Positions 9,382-19,649 of a stretch of 36,603 bases of DNA are shown here, piece by piece. The translations under genes and the position numbers were made by a program. This stretch comes from Ascoidea asiatica JCM 7603 (Eukaryota; Fungi; Ascomycota). The notes beneath the pieces were generated by a model that searched no databases, was not told the origin of the DNA, and saw only the letters and a list, made by a program, of their open reading frames with translations. The stretch is taken from positions 1 to 36,603 of the forward strand of contig BCKQ01000003.1 of the NCBI GenBank assembly GCA_001600695.1, written 5' to 3'. The stretch's first letter is position 1. Each line of letters starts with the position of its first letter.

Positions 9382-12176
9382 TAGCACAATAATAACCAGC
9401 AATATATGGTATCATCAGGGATGATAAAATGTCACACTACGGTAATTTCAGCCATTTTTGCCCCTGATCCCCAGATAGTGATTGGTAAGCCAGGGTAGTA
9501 CCGTGATCCCTGAGGGTATTAGATACCCTCGCACAATGGGTATTCACTACCCTCTCACTTTAGGGTATATGAAACCCTCAGCATTTTCCTGCCATTTTGC
9601 TTTGAGGGCGTCATTACCATTGAACTAGATAATGATGGGCCCAATGGATCGACAATTTTAACCCTCTTTTTGTCTAATTGAAACATCATTAAGCACTATG
9701 TAACTTCGAATTAATATGATTCTCTGTAAATTTTTATAGAAATACTGTCCGTATTTATTTATTACGCTACTGCTTTATATATCTATAGAATATATAATAT
9801 AGAACATCAAATCACAGTCAATTCTTACGATGACTGTAGTTGATGAAAAATAAATTCTGTAACATTGGAATCGTTCTCATATTGCAAGTTTTTCTTTATT
9901 AGTTTTACTACCATTTGATAAGCTTTAACGTTGGAGAACCACGATTTAATAACAGCCAAAATTTGAAGTATAGAAGAATCTAACCTACGACGCCGTGTTG
10001 CAACAATCTCTTTGATAACTGAAAATTGGGACGCTCCTATACTATTACAGCAAGGTATTTCGCCATCAGATGAAATAAGATGTCTAACCTTTTGTGGTTT
10101 TGCTACTTAAAAAAGACATCTGCGGTTACTGCTTCCGCCCCCATATCTGAATCAATAGTTTTTGCAAACAATCTAAATTGCTCAGCAATACAGTCTAAAC
10201 GGCTTAACTTTTTGCTTTTGTTATAAATACCTACGTAATTTATTTCCCCTTCAGAACGAAATTCATTTTGTACACCTGTTTCCAATATTCCCATGTCAAT
10301 AATTTTAATTTCAATTAATACTGCTTGATGGAACTTAATTAAGTTATTGGTTTTACCTGAATCATTACCGGTTTCTAAAATATGTAGCACGTCAATATCA
10401 GGATTCATAAGGGACATAGCAGAGCTTAACCTCAAAATATTGTAATTAAAATATATCTAAAATTTTCAGTACAAAATCTTAATTGCCTTTCTAATATTGT
10501 CTGTGAATTTGGATGTCATTGATTTCACTTTCAGAGTTATTTTCTCGTTGTTTTTTAAGCATTTATGAGAAATTTTATCGTTTGCGGTGAAATTATAATC
10601 AGGACTACCGTTTTCCTAATACCTTCAGACTACGAAGCGCTAAACATATTCACAAGTTTGCAATAATACCTTTTTAAATCTTCCAACTAATTTTGATTTT
10701 TCTCGTGTGACTCTTTAGAAAAACTAACCATAAACTGTAGCAGTGCCTGAAAAGAAGTTCACTCTGGTTTTTTCATTAGTGAAATCAATATTAGCTGCCA
10801 TAAAGGCACATTTATGATTTCGAATATTATTAATCTCAAAACAATGTCGTCCAGCACATCAATGTTAGGAATATAATTTAGTAGCATTTCAAATAGACTA
10901 TTCCACCTAATAACAAGCGGAGCGGGTGTAATCGATTTCACAAAAAGGTTTGGATTGTATTTTGCGAACCGAAATTTATTTAAAAAATCTCAAATCCCTT
11001 AGCTCATTTATGACGTATTCTATTTCAGTTAGCATCATCCCATTTTTGATAATGGATCTAAAAAGTGAATTTGGAATATATGACATACATCTTACTGCCC
11101 TAATTCATAATATATTTTTTTCCCCAATTGTGCTTTCCTTTGGAAGCTTTATTCCATATAGACTTCGTGATTTTTAACAGTAGTAGAAACATGCTTATCA
11201 AATAATTGCAACGTTTTAATTAACTCAACAACCCAACCTTTCAAATTAATTCAGGAGTCTGGGTCTCCTGATATATCTTTGAAGCATAGCATTGTATAGC
11301 TGTAGAGTGGTATCTTGATTAATACCCCAAAAATTTTCTTAAACATGGTCATTTGTATACATCAATTAAAAATCATATCCTTTTCATATATTGAATTTGG
11401 TGTTTTAATTTAGTACCGGTTGCCATGGCACAGCGTAATTGATGTCCTAATGGAGTGACTGGCGTGACAGGCTTGTATTTCGAAAAGAGGCTTTTACTGT
11501 GACTTTATTTACAGAACTAAATTGTCAGATTGTTGTCAAAATGCTATCAAGCTATGTCTGTCCTCGCTAGTGGCCCTAATATAAGCTTCATATGGCTTGG
11601 GAACGTAAGAAAGGAATGGCTTAATTTATTAATTGAACTTTGGGTTGTTCACCTTTATTGTGTTATGAGTTTTGTTTTTGAAATGGTGAGTAATATTTGT
11701 CAATTGACGTTCTGTATAACACAAAAAAATGTCGCAGTAGTAACAATAGCAACAAAAGTTGCTCTGGTTTGTGAATGACTCTCATTGGCGATATTCTCCA
11801 TTTTATTAGAAATGTGATTGTTTAATTTTACGTGTCTCTTTAAAAGCCAATTTGGCTGTTCAGTGAATTCCTTTCTGGTTGAAGGATTCATTAATTTTTT
11901 GGCCTTATTTTTTCAATGTAAGCTAGATTTGTTCATATGAAATACCAAAATTAGTTCGATTTTGAGTTTTAATAACCATTTGAGTATTGTTTTCTAAACA
12001 TCAATGCCACCCATTCTACTCGTGAATGTTACGTGCCTTATCACTATTATATACCCTTATTATCAGTTATTGTTACCCTGATTTCAATAGGGTATTTAGT
12101 AGCGTAGATATACAGTGTTACTGCTACCATAAAAATGGTACCCCAACCTCCGATAGGTCAATATCTGGTTACGCTA
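9382..12176 (-). mobile_element. Degenerate hAT-superfamily DNA transposon
   Basis: Transposase motifs in order: FLIDVY...KFLG (first catalytic D, ~11330-11370), RCMSYIPNSL (~CxxHxLNL, ~11060-11090), VIRWNSLFEML (10880-10912), and dimerisation domain MAKYLAV..*ER..FSVIKEIVATRRRRLDSSILQILAVIKSW (9935-10070). Ends are inferred from the interruption of the copia RNase H; no 8-bp TSD could be recognised. Confidence 0.85.
9490..9580. repeat. Array of short GGGTA...TACCC palindromic units (hAT subterminal repeats)
   Basis: GAGGGTAT-TAG-ATACCCTC (9512-9530), GGGTA-TTCAC-TACCC (9538-9552), AGGGT-ATATGAA-ACCCT (9562-9578) and GGTAGTACC (~9494-9502). Related TACCC/GGGTA words occur at 12050-12145, the other end of the element. 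Confidence 0.7.
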
Positions 12177-15100
12177 GACTACCATTTTAACATCCCTGCA
12201 AGCATTAGCAACTACGCAATTTGAACTGTCCCAACCAATCATATTATTGGCGTTTGTTGTTATAAAATAAAGGTCAGTGTTATAATTGACGGTAGCGTCA
12301 CAATGACATGATGCTTGTTGAAGTGTTATTGAGACTGCCCCATACTCTGCTGTGGATTTTGGATACCGGATGAGATGTTTCATTGGTGTTAAAAAGAATT
12401 CTCTATCTGGAGAACTGTAAGATAAACAGACTTAAAAAGGAATTGCTGGTCTAAATTTGATATCCAGCCACAATAATCCTTCTTAAAATCTTTGAATTTC
12501 AACATAACTGACCGGAGTAGTATGTATGCTTCAGATTGAACATTCAGTTCCAGATGTAAGATAATTTAGAGATTTATCAGTTGAAATGCATTCCCAGCCA
12601 TGTTCGATTACAGCCCGAGTAATGTAATGTTTTAGTAGTATAAAAATCCACCTTGACTTATTTGAAATATGTCAGCCCAAAAAATAATCAGGTTCAAAAG
12701 TATATTTTACCTTCTAAAGCTGTTTAAGTTGACCAATGATGGAGTTACTATAAAACATGGTACCGACTAAGCCGAAATCATCAACATGACAACCTAAAAT
12801 TAGCAGAGGTTTATCATTGATAGTAATATAGTGGAAATTAACATCAGATTCACTTTCTCTTGGTATGTTCTCTACAATTGTTATGGCAATAAGGGTTTTC
12901 TGAAGACGAAGATAGATATTTAAGCTATAATCCTTAAACCCATTAGCTGCCGTCATTAATGATAAGCATCTGACTTAAATATTTGTTCCATACCCTAAGG
13001 GGTGCAGAAGTATATTTGACTACTAGATAAGTAGTATTCTTGTTAGTACCCTTATATTTTTACAGCTATAACCTTAGTAGGATGTACTTGAGTGTATCAT
13101 GTAAGAACGACATTAGAGAGAATATATGAGAAGGTTGGCTAAGCATTGGAATAAAACTTCGATGTGAAGGACTTTGATTAGTTATGTTTAGTGATAGCTG
13201 AGCATTGATCTTATTTGATGCCACGTAAGTATAACATCTTATCAAATCAATTGTACTGAAATTCTTCATAAGATTGAGATGTAAGAGGAACATATAAGTA
13301 GGTTAAAGGTGATTGTAACTTTAGAAACACGCAAGAACCTTTTCAGTTTTATAAAATATTTAAACACGCAGCATCAATCTTGGTGATTTATTACTTAAAT
13401 TGGGTTTGAAGCCAAAACCTAATTTCGGTGGTAATTCGTTTGTTGATACATTTTAGGAAGGATTGCATCATCGAGTAGCATTTTTGTAAGCATAAGGGCT
13501 GAACTAGTCTTATAGGTTCATATTACGTTGAACAGTAGTTATTAACGAATAACCGATTATTTTAAGAGTTTCGAGTTTTTGTGCTAGTCTCGCATTAAAA
13601 TAATAAGTATACGGAGAATGGAAAACCTTATATTCGAACTCAACCTTATTGAATTCAGATCCATCGTCTTTTTTAATAGCACCAAGTTTAAGGCCACCAA
13701 CTGAGGGGCAAAAAAAATTGTGTCAGTAACTGTCTCTCCAATATGTCTTTTATTACAAGTCGAGATGTATCTTGACTAATCATCCATCATGATTGCATGC
13801 CACTTTAAGTTAAATTAGCTTACTTATAAGGACCAATACTATCGGTGTCCACAGTTTGAAGTAATCTTCTTGGGGAATTCGATTAGTTGTATCAGTTGAC
13901 CGTTTCACCTAGGGCTTAGAACAATTGTCACAAGGTTTTATCTTGTTTTTACCTTCCATACTTATTTGAAATTGATATTCCATATTTTTCATAATTGAAA
14001 CACACGGATCCGCAATTATATAATATTCTTCAAGTGCAACAGCAACATTCGTAATCGTAACATTTAAAATTGGTAATATGATATCTAGAAGGAGATCAGT
14101 TTGGATATCCATACAACTTGTTTGATAAGAATTGTTACTTAAAGAAAATATAGCAACAGGATAAACTTTAAGTTTATCTCTTGTAAACAGTGCAGGACCA
14201 TCAAACAAGACAGACATGTTACAAATATTAGAAAATTGTTTAACAGAAATTATATTTATATCAATTCCAAGATCACCAACTGCAGTAAGAGTATAAACAG
14301 TATCATTATGTTTTATTGTAATTCAAATATCACCTACAGAAGTGGTAGCAGTTTCAGTTCGCTTGGCATTATAAGTAATATATTTGAGGGTCTGATATTG
14401 AATAAATCTTGTTCTGAATCTGTATTAAGAGTTGTATGAGAAGCACCCGACTCTTTCATATCAACCACATATAGTTCTTGTCAAGATACCCAGAAGAGGA
14501 AGCATGTTTACTAGAAGTATTATCATTTCCATTCACATGTTCACCCCAGATCTGATGTACTTTGCAAAGTTTGCAATGGGGTTTCTTCTTGCTGTTACGA
14601 TTAAATTTCTTAATACAGAATATTAAGTTCTAATGGAAGAAATCTCATTTGCTTTAACAGTGTCAAGAATAAATAACCAGATTTACTCCCAAATTCAAGG
14701 TATTTTCTATTTGTTTCTCAGGATTAAATAAATCAGTTATATCCATTTTGCGACAGTAGTTTCTCTTAGTTCTGAAAAAACTAGCCTTCCTGGGATTATT
14801 GCAATGTTCGAATAAATTATTTACTAAAGATAGAGGAAGTTGAGGATATTTTTGAAGGTAAAAATTCATGCTAGTAATTGTATAAAGGGTTCAAAGCATC
14901 CAGCTCCGTGATGAAATATTATCTAAAGTCATCCTCTTTTTGTTCAAGGTCAAGAAGAATATCTGTAAACGCATCAATCGAATATTCAGTTGCAACATTC
15001 ATTCTACCAATGGCTTGCTCAATAGGGGTAGCATGTGAGTGACGAGTTGAAACGTAATTGAAGATCACTTTCAAAGTGGTTGAACATCTTCTGAAATACA

Positions 15101-16029
15101 ATTATTTTAGACGACTTTACAAGTTGATCATTCACAAACAATACTTTAAAAAGTAAAAAAAAAAAATTTTAATAAGAAAGATATTCCCTCTCCACCAATA
15201 AGCTTGCTCCGATTTTAATGCCACATGATTTGGAACGTTTGTCTTATAAACACAAACTGAATAATTTTAAATTTTACCCACACAATGAGTAATCGTTTTA
15301 GTAATAACAGTCATATCCGAATTAGAATATTGAGCTGGATAACTAGAAGTATCAGCTAAGAATAATCAGCCTCTGGTAAAATTAACAGGATGTAAAGAAA
15401 CTTGTTTATGCCGGATAAAACTTGTGGAAACTCACCTTGACCAATCATTTTCGCATTTAAAGGTTACGATAAACGGATAAAATTGGATAAAAGGTACTAG
15501 GTTTTATAAAATATTTCAGAAAAATAACTAAACATTTGTAGATAATTATGAAAGATATTCTAACTTTTTTAATACTGGCAAATAATTTATCATAACAACG
15601 AAAATTTTTCATAAAATAATAACTCGCAATTACCGGTGATGAACAACGTTATTACCACTTTTTTTTCATTTGCAGAGAAAGGCACCCAACCCTATAAAAA
15701 TAACCGAGATATGTTTTATTTTTTTTAATTTTAAATTTAACCCATAAAAGATAATTTAGTTTTATTCAGCAATAATAAAGAATTGATCAATTAGTAGACA
15801 AAGAATAAAGACGACTCACTGGTATACCACAGGAAATGTATTTAGGAATTATATACGTAACCTCTCAGTCGACCAGTGAAATAGAAAGGATCCTAACTTT
15901 AGGAGTTCGTTATAGTCTAGAAACTAGGCAACACGCGCTTAGAACCATCTTCCTATCTAGATACTTATACAACAATTTTTTAAAGACCCGCGTATATCTA
16001 TACATAACTATTACAAGCATGTAGTAATT

Positions 16030-17338
16030 CCTTTTGGCATTGTAGAAGTGACTAGTGAAGAGATCGTGATTATCAGCATCTTCTGCACTAAGGAACGCAT
16101 ATAATAGACACCAATTATCTGTTCTCCGGGTATAATAAAATTTCATATGTTAAACATTTGACCTTTAAAAGAAGGATTATCTGATTCAATAATAAAAGTT
16201 GAAGCATTTGAGAAGTAAGTAAAATGAATTGAATTGAACAAACAACTGAGCATCGTGTTAAAACAGTCTCTGTGTAAGCTGATGTATGAAAACACTTCAT
16301 CATAAATTAAATCTAAAAATAGATAACATTTGTTGACCTGTTATGAAAAAAGTTTCTAAACACATGCTAAGGAGGTAATTTAAACATTTAGATGTGAGCA
16401 TTTAACCTTTGCAAAAGAAAATTAACCATAATAACTACTTTACCTATATCAATTCGGAGGCATTAAATCAGTCATTTGTAGAAGTACTTCAAACCCTATA
16501 ATATTAATAGTATCGCTAAGAGAGTTATTGACCATTCAATATTTTGTATATTGCTTCAGTGATTTTTGACCACTTTATTTTAAACTTTAATTGAGTTAAA
16601 TTAACTAACAATTAGTATATGTCAATTGGTCATTCCTATGAACTGATTATCTCCTTTATGTGCAGAAAATAGGCAATTTCGAATAAACTTGAGGAAGTAT
16701 AAATCCCAAATATTTACAAAGATAAACCTTCTAACCCATTTTAAAACCCACACAAAAATTTTGCATAATATTTGTAAGGATATGCAGAACAAGCAAATAA
16801 ATTTTATTCAATATTCATTATGCATTTTTCACTTTGTTGCTCAATTTTTTATCATAAACTTCTGTGAACTATTAATAATCATAAAACAAATGAAATTAGA
16901 TACGTTACGATTTAAATTAAAGTGAATATATTGAGGTTCTATGTTTTTGAAGCAGCAACCCGATCATAACCTTACATGGTTGATCAAAAACATCATGGGT
17001 TGTAGTCTATGTCAAATCTAAAAGGAGAAGAACAATCGAGTTATTTTTATGTTGCATTGAGAAAATAAAAAGTTTACTAATCAATCCGCACCTGGCTCCG
17101 CACTTATATCGTGTGATGGAAACGAGTAAACGCAATCCGGATGTCACATGTTTTCAAATTGCATATCGTGAGTTCGGTTGTAGATACCTGCAAGTATCCC
17201 GATATTACAAGAATGTCATACTCTGCCATACGTATAACGGTGTTACCCCATCGGCTGACATTGTGTATATACAAATATGTGGCATTATAGTTTATAGGAC
17301 TCTATTACTGCAAAGTGGAATAACCGACTAAAACAACA
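16030..17338 (-). mobile_element. Truncated Ty1/copia 5' end (copia E): LTR ~16972-17338, PBS, gag-like remnant
   Basis: Minus strand starts TGTTG at 17338, contains TATAAG, and is followed ~365 bp later by GGTTATGA (PBS-like, 16964-16971). An A-rich leader and decayed gag-like coding sequence follow. Confidence 0.45.
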
Positions 17339-17339
17339 T

Positions 17340-19640
17340 GAATCATCTCTTCACACTTACATCTCTAAACCTGTCAAAATTCTGGAATCTCACCATTCCG
17401 GCTTCTGAACAACAAGTCTCTGAAATATACACTACCTTTTGAAAAAAACTCTAGTGGACAGGCATTCGACTGCGATTAGTAAACGTACAGCTTAGTGCTG
17501 ATAAGGTGTTCCGGGTACTTTGGTTATCGAACTTGTATTCCGCTTATTCGATTAGATAGGTATTTGACCATTTTTTTTCAGTGCAGCCTCGAAAGCTAAT
17601 TCTAAGTAAGTTTAGGTATAGCCATGATATATGCCATGTTTAGAAAACAAACCTTTGGTTGGCAAGTCATACGGGCTCTCCATGGATACAAAACAGTTGT
17701 CCGTTGGGGACGAAGGTGAACCACAACCTCCTAGTCCTGAAATGATTATTAGAGAGCTGTCTAGAACTTGGTAAAGAAGTATAACAGATTGTTTTCCAAA
17801 ATTCTTGCCGACGGTCCAATTAGACTTGCAACGAATTTTACACCCAACTGAAAAAATGTTTGATAGTGAGTGTAGATCGCTTTCATATTACAGAGTGTTT
17901 AGTTGATCAGCCAAGTTGATGTTCCTGTAGGCAGCCACTTAAAACCTGTCATCTATGTTAGAGTCCTAGCTTTGTCGAAACCAAATATCAACAAACAGGA
18001 CTGCACGACAATGGTCCTTTCAGCTGAATGACTTTAATAAAAAAATATTAATATGTTGCAAGTTTTTTATGCTCCTTAAAGAAATGTTAAAACTAGTTAA
18101 AAATTTAAGGCAACTGGCTTCACAAATACCTTAAAGGATTTCTTTGCTTTCTAAAGCCTCCTGGGGAACAAAAGGGTTGTATCCACTTCACCGGACTCTG
18201 GATTCCTAGATACTGTTATGTCTATAAGCTGCATCCCTAAAGGTGAACCGTCATGATTGTTTACCTGAAATAACTGTCTTTAGATTTTCCATGTAGACGG
18301 TATTTAGACTATTCGGTTTGTTTTCCAGTAACCATCATAACATCTTGCCTTGAAATCTGCATGTTCTAGAAACTGAATCTACCTGAGCTGTAAACCACAA
18401 TTTTACGGAGTATACGGTGTCCAATTCCACTCCATTAATGCTTTAGGTGGCAATGATTATCTACCATTTTTCGTCGCAATGACATCACTTGCGCTGTCTA
18501 ACTTTACTTCTGTAGTTCTTGTGTTAATATTAAATTCAATAATTATATGAAGCTTATTTGAAGTTAAGGCATAGTCATTGTTTGCTTTTGCAGCAAAAGT
18601 TTCATGCTAGGTCTACAAACCTTTTAAGGCCTTGCATTTTAATTCACAAATGGATTAGAAACTGAATAAAAATTAGCGTTACAAAATCGTTAATATATCC
18701 TCGCCTAAAGTCGATTACCTTCTACGGACTCTCAGTGGAATTACTTTAGAACCATTTACAAGAATTTTAGGCTTTCGTCAAATTGCTAACCACTCTAGTT
18801 TACTTTTAATGCAAAATGAAGCCTTGGAATCCATCAATAATTTTGTGCCACTCCCGCATATAAGCTTACAAGAAACCAAAATGATCCCTTTCCTTATTTT
18901 TTTTTTGTTCAGTTGGATCTTCTACCTCTTTGAAGGCTCCACCATGCACTACGTTGGTAAATTATATCCTTCGGCTTAGTTTTAGTACCACATAAATATC
19001 TGAGAACCCTTTTCAGCTTCCTCCACTTCTCTATCCTTCCTTTATCTCTAATTTGGCAAATGAGTTTGTGTGGTCGCTTAAATTAACCGATTTACCCTGT
19101 GAAAAATAACATCATTACCAGTAGTAACTATTCTATATTAAAGGATTTTTCTCAATGACTACCTATCTTTTTTGCTTAAGTTGGTTGAGTTAAACACTTT
19201 GAACGTAATTTAGTTCCAGCACTAATAGTCTCCAAATGATAGGCATGTTTTTAAACATCAACTAAAGAGAATGAAACCAAATTTTCTTTCAAACAAACAC
19301 GTAATTTCCCTTTTTGAAAGAGTTCCAAAAAAACAGTTTTGACCTGAGATTATAAAATAATGGAACCTCCTGTGAGGTTAGCCTGATCTAGAACCCGACA
19401 TTCGCCTGAAATATCAGGATGAAGTTTCTTCATCACCTGATTTACACCAGATCTACTGTATCTAAAAGTCTTATCCCAAGCTGGAAGTAAGCATCGATGT
19501 CAGTTCCATAGAGTACAAGGTCTGCCAAATAATTGCTGTTCCACTTCTTTGAAGGTACTCAGAAATATCCTGTTTCAAAATAAGTAATATCTCTAATAAT
19601 ATTTTAAAGAATAATTCACCTTGCAAGTCAAAATACCTTG
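17340..19640 (-). mobile_element. Highly degenerate Ty3/gypsy pol (RT, RNase H linker, integrase)
   Basis: Gypsy order on minus: KLEWLAI...LVNG (~FEWxxMPFGLxNA), GYINDFV at ~18680-18700 (~YIDD), EWNWTP (~18415-18432), GFDKART...FKW (integrase Zn region, ~17935-17985), LIGP (~17815), GTPYQH (~17500). Confidence 0.55.
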
Positions 19641-19649
19641 CGTATTCGC

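Larger units (their letters stand above)
9100..16020 (-). mobile_element. Degenerate near-full-length Ty1/copia element (copia D), split by the hAT insertion
   Basis: Copia domain order on minus: possible LTR 15695-16020 and weak PBS 15681-15692; gag; protease WLI-[frameshift]-ESGASH (~14445-14470); CxxC PCDNC (~13925); integrase LLQTVDTDSIGP, MDD*SRY, IKKDDGSEF, SPYTYYFNA (13590-13870); RT RQLMGLR, LGCHVDDFG (~12780), GLLWL...RPAIPF, KHLIRYPKST; RNase H CDA...IGWDS (12180-12310). RNase H resumes left of the hAT as KGLCQEI...PLRSDD, HMRNRANKLRQF, NPFDVLT*LLSGPKL (9110-9380). Confidence 0.85.

Noticed and set aside
9490-9580. Spaced palindromes as a CRISPR-like array
   Set aside because: The units are 15-19 bp, non-identical, with spacers of 10 bp or less. 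There are no cas genes, the context is eukaryotic, and the array sits at a hAT end.
15185-15200. TGGTGGAGAG (minus) as a tRNA-Ala PBS for copia D
   Set aside because: No LTR end is recognisable next to it and the match is short.
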